Assembly (NCBI GenBank): GCA_051003155.1
Contig: JBPCLO010000041.1
Coordinates: 18,433 to 82,432, forward strand
Length of the DNA stretch: 64,000 nucleotides
Direction of reading: 5' to 3'
From: Fimbriimonadales bacterium
GTDB lineage: Bacteria > Armatimonadota > Fimbriimonadia > Fimbriimonadales > ATM1
The translations under genes and the position numbers were made by a program. This document shows positions 30,279 to 39,878 of this stretch, piece by piece (the stretch's first letter is position 1; every line of letters begins with the position of its first letter). The notes under the pieces are model-generated. The model was not told where the DNA came from. It saw only the letters and a list, made by a program, of their open reading frames with translations, and did no database searches.

Positions 30279-31163
30279 TTACACCTCGGCTGCGATGAGT
30301 CGCTCCGCCATCACTTTCTCGCTGAAGGCGATCGCGTTATACGAACTACGAATGAACGGGCCGGACGCTACGAACGCGAAGCCCATTTCCTCGCCTATTT
30401 TCTCATACTCCTTGAACTTGTTAGGATGTACGAAGGTATTGACGGGCAAGTGCCGCATAGTAGGTCGCAAATATTGGCCAATCGTTACCGCGTCCACCCC
30501 GATTTTTCGCAGGTCGGCGAGCACGGAGACGACTTCTTCCTGAGTTTCACCCAACCCGAGCATGATTCCGGACTTCGTGTATATGCCCTCGTCGATTTCC
30601 TTTACTTTCGCCAGGAGGCCCAAGGAGCGGTCGTATTTGGCTTGCGGCCTAACGATGGTGTGAAGCCGCGGCACGGTTTCGACGTTGTGGTTGTAGATTT
30701 CCGGCTTCGCATCGCAGACGGTTCTCAGGCAATCTTCGCGGCCCTTGAAGTCCGGAGTCAGAACTTCGACGATGGTGCTTGGAGTGACCTTGTGGATAGC
30801 TTCGATGGTCTTTGCGAACTGTCCGGCGCCCTGGTCGGGCATGTCGTCACGGGCGACGCTCGTGACGACCACATGCTTGAGGCCTAAATCGCGCGTGACC
30901 TCGGCGACGTGCATCGACTCGTGAGGATCGATCATAAGGCCACGTCCGACCTTGATCGCGCAGAAGCCGCACGATCTTGTACAAGTATCGCCCAAAATCA
31001 TGAACGTAGCGATCTTCTTCGACCAGCATTCCGGAAGGTTCGGGCACCGTGCACTCTCGCAGACCGTGTGAAGGCTCTTCATGCGCATCATCTGCTCGAC
31101 CTCTCTTATTGTGTCGGGCCGCGCGATGCGTATCGTGAGCCACTCAGGGAGACGCTGGTTCAT
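30279..31163 (-). CDS. lipA: Lipoyl synthase
   Basis: TVCESARCPNLPECW, CTRSCGFC radical-SAM motif, RSSY. Confidence 0.97.
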   Translation of the reverse strand: MNQRLPEWLTIRIARPDTIREVEQMMRMKSLHTVCESARCPNLPECWSKKIATFMILGDTCTRSCGFCAIKVGRGLMIDPHESMHVAEVTRDLGLKHVVVTSVARDDMPDQGAGQFAKTIEAIHKVTPSTIVEVLTPDFKGREDCLRTVCDAKPEIYNHNVETVPRLHTIVRPQAKYDRSLGLLAKVKEIDEGIYTKSGIMLGLGETQEEVVSVLADLRKIGVDAVTIGQYLRPTMRHLPVNTFVHPNKFKEYEKIGEEMGFAFVASGPFIRSSYNAIAFSEKVMAERLIAAEV

Positions 31164-32502
31164 TGCCACCTGAATGGTACCCGCTTGGGGGAACGACCGC
31201 CGACTGCAGTCGCCGGTCGACGCCTGAAAAGGCAAGCATGCGCCCGTCCGTCTGCACATACTTGGCAGAGAGTATGTCCCAGTTACCGCCGAAATTACTT
31301 CCGGTGGACATGTAGACCGAATTGTCTGCTCCCAATGCCGCGCGCGGCTCCTCGTGGCTGGCTCCATCACGCAGCGTCTGAGACCATGCGACAGTGCCGC
31401 TGGTCGTGACTTTGCATATTATGCTGCCTGCTTCATATGGCAGACGCGTTGCGGGCAGGTAAATGTTTCCGTCCTGGTCAGACGCGGCTGCCCCGAGACG
31501 GTACCAGCTTCGTATGTCCGTGACGGTGTCATGAATCAGATCTCCGTCAGGGGAGTATTTCAACGCGAAGATTGGTCCGCCTTCGGAGCTGACCGCCAGG
31601 TAGATGTTGCCTATTGCGTCGCAGTTGCCCAAACGTACCTGTTCCGCGTCTGCAAAATAGTTGCGAAAGTCGACCCACACAGTATTACCTTCTTGATCGA
31701 GTTTGAGAGCAAACGTCGTGTTCACATACCCGTCGTAGCCTGTTATGCCACCCATGACAATGTTGTTCTCTGGGTCGATTGCTGCAGTGCCGATTTCGCT
31801 ACTTTCGGACAGCGAGATAGATCGCGCCCACTTGCGTAGGCCCGCTTGGGTGTACTTGAGCACTCCAAGATTCAACGTGTGACGGTCATGGATACTGTTT
31901 AGCCTCGCGCTCACAACGATGTCCCCGACGCGATCAAATTGGATTTGGTGGGCAATGTCGAAATCGCCTCCGTTGAAGCCGTCGGACCAAAGAGCGTTGC
32001 CGTCGGAATCATAACAGGCCACCCAAACATCGCTCGAATACGGATCGACGTACCTGCCACCGGCGACAAAAATCCTGTTATCTCGTGCGATTATGGCTCT
32101 TACATACGTCCCTGGAACACGTCGAGTCCAGACGAACTGTCCTCTCGCATCGACCTTCAACGTTGCATCGCTCATCGCAACGTAGGTTGCTTCGAGGGCC
32201 GGAGCGATCGCGTAGCCGACGGAACTGAATGCGCGATCGCTGTAGTTCACGAAACGCCAAAGAAGTTTGCCGATCGGCGAGTACTTGAGCAGCATCATCC
32301 GTTCGTAAAAGCCTATGCCGTAATCCTCTGAGCCCGTCACATAGTAGTTCCCCCTGACGTCAGTCGCAACTCCCTAAAGGTGATCATCCCCGTGTGCGGG
32401 ATTGTCGTACCTGACTCGCCATTGCTCAAAAACCTGGGCGGGGCAAGAACAAATAATCAGGATCGCCAAGCTCGATGCACAAAGGACCCGAAGTTTGCTC
32501 AT
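31144..32502 (-). pseudogene. Secreted beta-propeller (SBBP-like repeat) protein with in-frame TAG at codon 43
   Basis: MSKLRVLCASSLAILIICSCPAQVFEQWRVRYDNPAHGDDHL*GVATDVRGNYYVTG continues in frame into the 398-aa ORF; repeats of KY..DG...W and D..GNIY. Confidence 0.75.
31194..31219. repeat. REP-like palindrome
   Basis: CGACCGCCGACTGCAGTCGCCGGTCG is a near-perfect palindrome in the tail of the propeller gene. Confidence 0.55.
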
Positions 32503-32643
32503 AAGCTAATATACGCAAACAGACGCGGTCAAGTAGTATTGAGTCGGCAGTTCCTCCCCCGACCCAAGAAATTCCGGTCAAGCAGCGGCCGGGTGGCGGG
32601 GGGAGGCTTGTAGGGGGCAACACCACCTTCGTCAGTCGTCCCC

Positions 32644-33918
32644 CTACGGATAAATTCCGCGAGTGACCGTCGCGTCCGCAACGCGCTTTACGCCGATGAT
32701 ATACGCGCCGATTCGCATGTTCGTCTTGTGCTGCTGGCTGGTCTGCAGAACGTGCGCGAAGCTGTTCCGAAGTATCTTCTCAAGCTTCGCGTTGACTTCG
32801 TTCTCTTCCCAGAAGAACGCCTGCAGGTCTTGCACCCACTCGAAATAGCTCACGATCACCCCGCCGGCATTCGCGAGTACGTCGGGAATGACCACGACGC
32901 CTCGGTCGCTGAGCATGTCGTCGGCTTCGGGAGTCGTCGGGCCGTTCGCCCCTTCGACGACCAGCTTCGCCTTGATGTCGTCGGCGTTGCCGGCGTGAAG
33001 CTGCTCGGTCGTCGCCGCCGGGATTAAGATGTCGCAGTCGAGGGCGAGCAATTCTTCGTTAGTGACCTTTTCGCAGTCCTTGAATTCGGTGATACCGCCT
33101 TCACGGTCGGCGTAGCGCAGGATCAAGTCATGGATCGGCAGGCCCTTCGGGTTATAGATGCCGCCCACGCGATCGGAAACCCCGACCACCTTCGCGCCGC
33201 GCTCCACGGCGAGCCTGGCCGCGATGCTGCCCACGTTACCGAAGCCCTGCACCACGACGCTGGAGCTGTCCAGCTTTGTATTAAGAAAGTTGCACGCTTC
33301 TTCGGCAGCCGTAATGACGCCTCTGCCCGTGGCTTCGACCCTCCCTTCGGAGCCGCCCAACGGAATCGGCTTGCCGGTCACGACACCGGTGCTCGTCGCG
33401 CCCTTCTGCATGCTGTAGGTGTCCATGATCCAGGCCATCACTTGGGCATTCGTGCCCATGTCCGGGGCAGGGATATCGGTATCAGGCCCGATGATGATGT
33501 TGATGTCGGAGATAAATCTGCGGGTGAGCTTCTCGAGTTCCCGCTTGCTCAGTTTCTTGATGTCTACCTTGACGCCGCCTTTCGCGCCACCGTAGGGGAT
33601 GTTGGCGATGGCGCACTTCCAAGTCATCCACATGGCAAGAGCGGTGGTCTCGTCCAGATCGACGTCGGGGTGATACCTAATGCCGCCCTTCGTGGGACCG
33701 CGGCTCATGTTGTGCTGAACCCTGAAGCCCTCGAAAACCTGGACGCGGCCATTATCGAGGACCACTGGGAAGTTGACGATCAGCTGGCGCCGCGGCGTCG
33801 CGAGTACCTGGTGCAACCCCTCGTCCATTTCGAGATACTTGGCGGCGACGGCGAGTTGCTGCTTCGCCATATCCAAAACATTGGGCTTTTCAGCCGTCTT
33901 CGTTGCTGTTTTCGACAT
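32644..33918 (-). CDS. gdhA: Glu/Leu/Phe/Val dehydrogenase (glutamate dehydrogenase) paralog 2
   Basis: GPTKGGIRYHP, MTWK, GGAKGG, DIPAPD, GFGNVG, NAGGVIVSYFEWVQ; RBS AAGGAG; TACAAT -10 near 33973-33978. Confidence 0.94.
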   Translation of the reverse strand: MSKTATKTAEKPNVLDMAKQQLAVAAKYLEMDEGLHQVLATPRRQLIVNFPVVLDNGRVQVFEGFRVQHNMSRGPTKGGIRYHPDVDLDETTALAMWMTWKCAIANIPYGGAKGGVKVDIKKLSKRELEKLTRRFISDINIIIGPDTDIPAPDMGTNAQVMAWIMDTYSMQKGATSTGVVTGKPIPLGGSEGRVEATGRGVITAAEEACNFLNTKLDSSSVVVQGFGNVGSIAARLAVERGAKVVGVSDRVGGIYNPKGLPIHDLILRYADREGGITEFKDCEKVTNEELLALDCDILIPAATTEQLHAGNADDIKAKLVVEGANGPTTPEADDMLSDRGVVVIPDVLANAGGVIVSYFEWVQDLQAFFWEENEVNAKLEKILRNSFAHVLQTSQQHKTNMRIGAYIIGVKRVADATVTRGIYP

Positions 33919-34043
33919 CGTTGTCTGAACTACTCCTTATCCTCGGCTCGCCCGAGCTCATCAGAGCTTTGATTGTAGCCAATCGGGGCGACGTTCAGCT
34001 TTTGCTCGCTCGGACGAATAGGACTTATAGGGTGAATTGGTAG

Positions 34044-34085
34044 AGTCTCCAGTCTTCAGTCTGCAGTCTCCAGTCTGCAGTCTTA
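34044..34085. repeat. Heptamer tandem repeat (AGTCTNN x6)
   Basis: agtctcc agtcttc agtctgc agtctcc agtctgc agtctta. Confidence 0.9.
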
Positions 34086-34240
34086 AAGAGGAGAGGGGCG
34101 CCACTTCTTCTCCGAAGCGACGCCCCTGGTGTCAGGAGGTATCTAAGTGGCATTGGGCGAGGCCCTCTGCCCCAAGCGACGGTTCCTTTCACGGTGACCG
34201 ACCTGACTCTACGATGTGCCTTACACCTTGAAAGACCAAC
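34086..34240 (-). ncRNA. Putative structured small RNA downstream of the c-di-AMP riboswitch
   Basis: No credible ORF. Closing helix GGUGUAAGG/CCUGACACC, internal hairpins, ACCUCCU motif, and a final 14-bp hairpin (34094-34127) whose two irregular pairs are G-U only on the minus strand. Confidence 0.45.
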
Positions 34241-34241
34241 T

Positions 34242-34274
34242 AAAAAAACGCTCGACCTTTCGATCGAAGCGTTT
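34242..34274 (-). terminator. Intrinsic terminator (riboswitch expression platform)
   Basis: Minus strand AAACGCTTCGATC-GAAA-GGTCGAGCG-TTTTTTT. Confidence 0.88.
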
Positions 34275-34322
34275 ACCGTTGAATCTTCGGCGTCTTTGCC
34301 GCAGGTTGTCCGGCTCTCGCTT

Positions 34323-34432
34323 CGCCTACGGGGTTAGCTGACGGGCTCGGGCCAAGAGTTACCCTATCCGCTTCCGCGGAATTCGCCCCGGGTTCTGGTT
34401 CCCCCGTTTTCCCGGTCAAGGGAAATTAGACG
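34323..34432 (-). ncRNA. Cyclic di-AMP (ydaO/yuaA) riboswitch aptamer
   Basis: Minus strand matches the family consensus: CGGGGGAACCA...GGGGCGAAT...AGGG...CCCGAGCCCGTCAGCTAACCCCGTAGGCG; P1 CGTCTA/TAGGCG. Confidence 0.92.
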
Positions 34433-34460
34433 TCTCCGATGGTTTCCCACCGGCAAACAA

Positions 34461-34469
34461 ATACTACCA
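34461..34469 (-). promoter_or_regulatory. Candidate extended -10 promoter for the riboswitch transcript
   Basis: TGGTAGTAT (TGn-TAnnAT) about 30 nt upstream of the aptamer. Confidence 0.45.
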
Positions 34470-34486
34470 CGATTTGCCAAAAAAAG

Positions 34487-35272
34487 TTACCGAATGTCGC
34501 GGCCATCGTCGTCTTTCTCAGGATCCTCCTTGAAGCTTCGCTCGAAAAGCTCCTTCAGCCGACGCCTCTCCGCCTCAGTCTCCATCCGCTTGCCGTTGTC
34601 GTGTCCGCGGTAGTCCTTATCCCGCATACCCGCATTGGTTCGCCTCTCCGGAATGCTGGGAAGTCGCAGTCGCCCTGTCGCGAAAGCCCACGCCAAAACG
34701 AGAGGGATCGCGGCCAAGAACCCGATGGGCGGATGTCCGCCAGACCCATAGTAGAACACGGTTCCCAAAGCCGTGATCCAGCCGATCCACTTCGCCGCGA
34801 CCGGCAAAACGAACCAGAGGAGAATCTGCTGATTCGGAAAGAGGGCCGCGTAGGCGACCACCGAGCAAGCAACCGGGAACCCGAGCGAGGTTAGCACCAT
34901 CTGCGTCCCCTCGATCAGGTACCCAAGGTAAAGGGCCAGCGGACAGGCCAGGATGATCGCTAGGAAGAAAACCGCGAGTTTTCGCGTTCCCCAAAGCCGC
35001 TCCATCGCGCCAGTGAAATAAAACAGCCCAATGCAGATGAACAGCACGCCCAGGAAGTCCATCGCGATGACAGTGTAAGTTAGCAGCGTCCACGGTCTGA
35101 GGTACCAGTTGTCCGACACGAACGTGAAATTCGAAACGAAGCCGAGGTTGGCGTAAAAGAGCCACGACAGCACAAAGCTCATCACCGTAGCCGCGATCGC
35201 GATGAGCGTAATCGGCATCCCGCTTCGGCGATAGAAACTCCTGCCTGAGTCGAAGAGCCCGGGCTTGGACAT
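34487..35272 (-). CDS. Rhomboid-like polytopic membrane protein
   Basis: RPWTLLTY, MERLWG, several TM helices, charged C-terminal tail; catalytic Ser/His not evident. Confidence 0.7.
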   Translation of the reverse strand: MSKPGLFDSGRSFYRRSGMPITLIAIAATVMSFVLSWLFYANLGFVSNFTFVSDNWYLRPWTLLTYTVIAMDFLGVLFICIGLFYFTGAMERLWGTRKLAVFFLAIILACPLALYLGYLIEGTQMVLTSLGFPVACSVVAYAALFPNQQILLWFVLPVAAKWIGWITALGTVFYYGSGGHPPIGFLAAIPLVLAWAFATGRLRLPSIPERRTNAGMRDKDYRGHDNGKRMETEAERRRLKELFERSFKEDPEKDDDGRDIR

Positions 35273-35489
35273 TGCTCACTATTTTAGACTGCAAGCCGTT
35301 CCTATCCTTCGTAAGAGCAACGGTGATGCTAAACGGGAGTCGGACATTACCGCCTTGCGACGCTTCAGCCTTGTCGATACACGAGCGCAGATTGGTCGAT
35401 AAGTGGGCCGAAAGCCCCACCGCAGGCCCTGCTGGCAGAATTGCTCGTGTACAATAAAGCTCCGGGCTTAACCGATAAAGGGAGGCATC

Positions 35490-36782
35490 ATGGATATCGT
35501 TCGTGCAGCGATCGGCATTTGCATTCTCAGTTCTGCAGGCTGTGGCGTCGTCACGACGACGCGCGTTTCCGTCACCACGGGCGGTGGCCAGAGCGACGGG
35601 CACAGCGAGTATTCGGCCATCAGCGCCGACGGGCGTTTTGTGGTTTTTCAGACCAGGGCCACAAACCTCGCGCCAGGTGACACCTCCGACTTCTTCGACG
35701 TGTATCGGCACGATCGCCAGACGAATACGACGGTGCGCGTGTCGCTGACATCTAACGGCAGCCAGCCGACCGAGCACTGCACCTCGGCGGCGATCAGCGG
35801 AGACGGGCGCTTCGTGGCATTCCAAAGTCCTGCAAACAATCTCGTCTTGGGCGACATAAACGGCAAAGACGACGTTTTCGTGCGAGATATGCAAAACGGC
35901 ACGACTGAAATCGTCTCGGTTTCCTCTAATGAACTCCGTGGCAACGACGCTAGCTATTTTCCCGCTATCGATGGTACAGGGCGCTTCGTCACCTTTACTT
36001 CTTTGGCGAGCAATCTCGTCGTCGGCGACTCCAACGAAGTTCACGATGTCCTCGTGCGGGATCGGCAGCTTGGAACGACCACGCTCGTGTCGACGTCCAC
36101 GGCCGGAATTCAAGCCAACTTCCACAGCGCCTTTTCGGACATCAGTTCCGACGGCAGGTTCGTCGCCTTCGTGTCAGGCGCGAACAACTTATCCATGGCT
36201 GATACGAATCTCGCATACGATATTTTTGTAAAGGATCGAACGACTGGCAAGACCACGTGCATGTCAGTGAATCAAAATGGCGCGCAGGCTAACGGAGATT
36301 GCCGCGAATGCGCGATTAACGATAACGGTCAGGTCGTCGTGTTTGAGTGTCAGGCGACCGACATGGTCCCCGGAGACACGAACGGTTTCCCGGACGTCAT
36401 TGTACGGGACGCAATCGCAGGCACGACCACCCGCGTAAATACATTCGGCGGCGTCGAGGCGAACGGCTTCAGCGACGATGTCGACATTAGCAGCAGCGGA
36501 CGGTATGTGGTTTTCTCCTCCACGGCAAACAATTTGGTGGCCACGGATGAAAACAATCGCGGCGATGTATTTCTCCATGACCGCAATACGGGACGAAACT
36601 TGATTGCGTCCGTGAAGAACGGCGGAGTGCAGGAACTGGGGCTCACCGGCGGCGTGAGGCCGAATATCAGCAAGGACGGAGTCTTTGTGGTGTTCTGGTC
36701 GGACTTCACGGGGCTCGTGCCGAACGATACAAACGGAGTACGCGATATTTTTGTTAACACGCGAAGCGGATTGAACCAGTAG
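35490..36782 (+). CDS. Secreted TolB/PD40-like beta-propeller repeat protein
   Basis: Seven repeats of ISxDGRFVxFxSxAxNLVxGDTN...DVFVRD; RBS GGAGG; signal peptide. Confidence 0.9.
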   Translation: MDIVRAAIGICILSSAGCGVVTTTRVSVTTGGGQSDGHSEYSAISADGRFVVFQTRATNLAPGDTSDFFDVYRHDRQTNTTVRVSLTSNGSQPTEHCTSAAISGDGRFVAFQSPANNLVLGDINGKDDVFVRDMQNGTTEIVSVSSNELRGNDASYFPAIDGTGRFVTFTSLASNLVVGDSNEVHDVLVRDRQLGTTTLVSTSTAGIQANFHSAFSDISSDGRFVAFVSGANNLSMADTNLAYDIFVKDRTTGKTTCMSVNQNGAQANGDCRECAINDNGQVVVFECQATDMVPGDTNGFPDVIVRDAIAGTTTRVNTFGGVEANGFSDDVDISSSGRYVVFSSTANNLVATDENNRGDVFLHDRNTGRNLIASVKNGGVQELGLTGGVRPNISKDGVFVVFWSDFTGLVPNDTNGVRDIFVNTRSGLNQ

Positions 36783-36887
36783 ATCGATTCCCCACCACCT
36801 GCCGCTCCCCGCGACACATCATTCGCGGAGAGGGGTTCACCCTAAAGGAATGCCTTCTGAGTCGGCGAACGTAGTAAGGACGAGCTT

Positions 36888-37868
36888 ATGGCGCAACAGG
36901 TGGTTCGGCTTCGGGTTATCGTCTCGGAAGGTGAAGAGAGTTTCGCGGATGCGGTCGTAGCTGGCCTGGACCGCGCGCCGAAAACTCTACCGTGCAAGTT
37001 CTTCTATGACCTGGAGGGCTCTCGGCTCTTCGAAAAGATAACTGAGGAACCAAGCTACTACCTCACCCGGGCGGAGCGTGAAATTCTTGCGGAGAGCGCG
37101 GACGAAATCGTTGGCGAGGTAGGCGAGGAACTTTCGGTTGTCGAGCTCGGAGGAGGCAATTCCGTTAAGACGCGTCTGGTCATCGACGCTATCCTGAGAC
37201 AGCAAGACCGCCTGCATTTCACCAATGTCGATATTTCGCGGGAGTACTTGGAGGACTCCGCGAGGGCGCTACTCGCGGACTATGCCAATCTGGAAATGGA
37301 CGCCATTGCTGCCGAGTATGACGACGCTTTCGACCTCTTGCCGCCTCGTGAAGGGCCGCGGCTCTTCCTCTTCATGGGGTCGAATCTCGGCAACTTCTCT
37401 CCCGGCGAAGCGGGTGACCTCTTGTGCCGTCTCAACTCGGTCATGGACTGTGATGACGCCCTCCTCGTGGGTATCGACCGGCTGAAAGACGCGGCGATCA
37501 TCGAGGCGGCTTACAACGACGAAAACGGCATCACCGAGGCTTTCAACAAGAACATCCTGGCGCGGATCAATCGTGAGCTCGGTGGAGATTTCGACCTCGA
37601 CAAATTCTCCCACCGCGCTCAATTCAGACCCGAAAAGGGCAGGATCGAAATGCTTCTGGTGAGTTCCGAGAGACAGACCGTGGAAGTTTTGGGAAGGGAT
37701 TTCGGATTCAAGGAAGGCGAAACCATTCAAACGGAGGAATGCGCGAAGTACTCGCGGTCCCAGTTCGCGGCTCTGGCCCTTTCGGTCGATTTGCGCGTAG
37801 TGCGGTCTTGGACAGACGAGAATGAATGGTTCGATGTGTACCTGCTCAGATTGGCGAACGGCGGATGA
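36888..37868 (+). CDS. egtD: L-histidine N-alpha-methyltransferase
   Basis: KTLPCKFFYDLEGSRLFEKIT, YYLTRAE, ELGGG, GSNLGN, AYND..GITEAFNKN, RIEM. Confidence 0.95.
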   Translation: MAQQVVRLRVIVSEGEESFADAVVAGLDRAPKTLPCKFFYDLEGSRLFEKITEEPSYYLTRAEREILAESADEIVGEVGEELSVVELGGGNSVKTRLVIDAILRQQDRLHFTNVDISREYLEDSARALLADYANLEMDAIAAEYDDAFDLLPPREGPRLFLFMGSNLGNFSPGEAGDLLCRLNSVMDCDDALLVGIDRLKDAAIIEAAYNDENGITEAFNKNILARINRELGGDFDLDKFSHRAQFRPEKGRIEMLLVSSERQTVEVLGRDFGFKEGETIQTEECAKYSRSQFAALALSVDLRVVRSWTDENEWFDVYLLRLANGG

Positions 37869-39139
37869 CCCTCGCCGAGCGGATGCGGCAAAGCCGCGAC
37901 CGGACGATTGAGTTGGCATCGATGGCGCCGGAAGAGAGCCTCACCCGCTTGGTGCACCCATTCTACAGCCCGCTCGGATGGCACCTTGGCCATGTGGGGA
38001 TGGTCGAGGAGTATTGGGTGCTCGAGCGGGCGTTCGGTTTGAAGCCCGCGTGCCCAAACCTATCGTTCATCTTCGCAAATATTCCCGAGAATCCGAAGGG
38101 CAACCGCGTGCGCCTTCCGACCCGCGAAGAGACTTTCGATTGGCTGGCCGGGATTCGGGCCCGGGTATTGGAATGTCGCGCGAACGGTGGCTCGGGTCCG
38201 CTTTGCGAAGACGATTATTGCTTCCAGTTCGCGCTCCAGCATGAGCATCAGCACCAGGAGACGATTGTGGAGCTGTTGCAACTGTTGCGACTGCCAGGCG
38301 ATTATGCCTCCACTGCTTGCCGTGGAGGATACTTGGTCGCCTCGCCGGCAGATTCCGACACGAGCAGCGATTCTGACATGGTGTTCATCGGCGGCGGGAC
38401 GTTCCGGATGGGTTCCGATCATCTTTACGACTACGACAACGAGAAGCAGCAGCACGAGGGGGAGGTGTCCCCATTTCATCTCGGCAAATATCCCGTGACC
38501 GTGGCGGACTACGTGGGCTTCATGGATGGAGGCGGATACGAGCGGCCTGAGCTGTGGACGCCCAAAGGATGGGCTTGGCGAAAGGGCGAAAGTGCGATGA
38601 CGCCGGAGTATTGGGAGCGAACGAGCGATAGTTGGGAGTACCGGTCGCCTGTCGGTTTGCGAACAATGGCGGCGAACGAGCCGGTTGCGAGCATAAGTTG
38701 GTTCGAGGCCGACGCGTTCGCTCGATGGAAAGGCATGCGCCTGCCGACGGAGGCCGAATGGGAGTTCGCGGCATCACGCGGCAATCGGCGGTACCCGTGG
38801 GGGGATGATGAGCCAACGCAGGAACGGGCAAACTTCGGCATATCAAACTGGGGTGTTTGTGGTGTTGGAGAGCGCGGGGCGGGCGCCACTCCGGACGGAA
38901 TCCACGACATGGCGGGCCAAGTGTGGGAGTGGACCTCGACCCCGTTCGCGCCGTATCCCGGGTTCGTACCCTATCCCTACGACGGCTATTCCTCCGAGCA
39001 CATGGATGGCGGGCATCTGGTGTTGCGCGGCGGATCGTGGGCGTCGCAGGCCGAAATCCTCCGATGCACTTTCCGAAATTGGTACGTGCCGACGTACCGG
39101 CAAGGGCTCCTGGGGATGAGGCTGGCAGCGGATGCTTGA
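37865..39139 (+). CDS. egtB: Ergothioneine sulfoxide synthase (DinB + FGE-like domains)
   Basis: SPLGWHLGH and QHEHQHQE iron ligands; RLPTEAEWE, VWEW, RGGSW, FRNWY; coupled to egtD. Confidence 0.9.
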   Translation: MTLAERMRQSRDRTIELASMAPEESLTRLVHPFYSPLGWHLGHVGMVEEYWVLERAFGLKPACPNLSFIFANIPENPKGNRVRLPTREETFDWLAGIRARVLECRANGGSGPLCEDDYCFQFALQHEHQHQETIVELLQLLRLPGDYASTACRGGYLVASPADSDTSSDSDMVFIGGGTFRMGSDHLYDYDNEKQQHEGEVSPFHLGKYPVTVADYVGFMDGGGYERPELWTPKGWAWRKGESAMTPEYWERTSDSWEYRSPVGLRTMAANEPVASISWFEADAFARWKGMRLPTEAEWEFAASRGNRRYPWGDDEPTQERANFGISNWGVCGVGERGAGATPDGIHDMAGQVWEWTSTPFAPYPGFVPYPYDGYSSEHMDGGHLVLRGGSWASQAEILRCTFRNWYVPTYRQGLLGMRLAADA

Positions 39140-39878
39140 ACTCACAAGTGTCGTCAAGCGAATCTCGTCCGAGTTCACGCTCGGCCCCATCGACCTCTCC
39201 GTTCCGGCGGGCACCGTCACGATTCTGATCGGGCCGAGCGGGTGTGGCAAATCGACGCTCTTGCGGATGCTAAACGGCCTCGTGTGGCCGGACAATGGCA
39301 CGGTCGAGTTCGAGGGGACGAACCTGTTTTCCAGCCATGCGCAGGTAATGGAGGCGCGGCGGAGAATGGGCTACGTGATCCAGGAAGGCGGGCTGTTTCC
39401 GCACCTGACCGCCCGAGGCAACGTCCAGCTGATGGCCAAGACTCTCGGCATATCTGAAGCCGAGAGAAATGCGCGGGTCGCCGAACTTTCTGCCCTAACC
39501 CAATTTCCGGAGGACGCACTCGATCGGCGCCCCACCGAGCTATCAGGAGGGCAGCGCCAGAGGGTCAGCCTGATGCGTGCGCTGATGCTCGATCCCGACC
39601 TGTTGCTCTTGGACGAGCCGCTCGGCGCGCTCGACCCGATGATCCGCGCGGACCTCCAGGATGAGCTCAAGGGCGTGTTCGAGAAGCTTAAGAAGACGGT
39701 GGTAATGGTAACCCACGACCTGGGAGAGGCGGCATTCTTCGCTGACACCGTTGCGCTGATCCGCGATGGCCGGATTGTCCAGATCGGGCCGGCAAAGGAA
39801 CTGATCGAAAAGCCGGCGGAGGAGTTCGTCTCAAAGTTCGTGACAGCGCAAAGGCGGCCATTGGAGGCCTTGGGTTGA
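39132..39878 (+). CDS. Osmoprotectant/betaine-type ABC transporter ATP-binding protein
   Basis: GPSGCGKS, LSGGQRQR, LLDEP, GYVIQ..GLFPH; no CBS domains. Confidence 0.93.
   Translation: MLELTSVVKRISSEFTLGPIDLSVPAGTVTILIGPSGCGKSTLLRMLNGLVWPDNGTVEFEGTNLFSSHAQVMEARRRMGYVIQEGGLFPHLTARGNVQLMAKTLGISEAERNARVAELSALTQFPEDALDRRPTELSGGQRQRVSLMRALMLDPDLLLLDEPLGALDPMIRADLQDELKGVFEKLKKTVVMVTHDLGEAAFFADTVALIRDGRIVQIGPAKELIEKPAEEFVSKFVTAQRRPLEALG

Noticed and set aside
32374..32376. Pyrrolysine or genome-wide TAG recoding
   Set aside because: TAG is the normal stop of gyrB, gdh and other genes here; no pyl genes in the window; the protein is not a methyltransferase.
34025..34192. 55-codon minus-strand ORF (VKGTVAWGRG...) as the riboswitch target
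   Set aside because: No RBS, and it reads through a terminator-like hairpin and the heptamer repeat; unlikely but not excluded without Ribo-seq.
34617..36125. Long antisense or alternate-frame ORFs (34617-36125, also 61787-63064, 21572-22453, 33130-33972)
   Set aside because: Shadow ORFs of well-supported genes, expected at high GC.
37865..39139. Selenoneine (SenA) or ovothiol (OvoA) synthase, or a DGR target
   Set aside because: No SenB glycosyltransferase or SelD neighbour, no C-terminal methyltransferase domain, no reverse transcriptase or template repeat; coupling to egtD favours EgtB.
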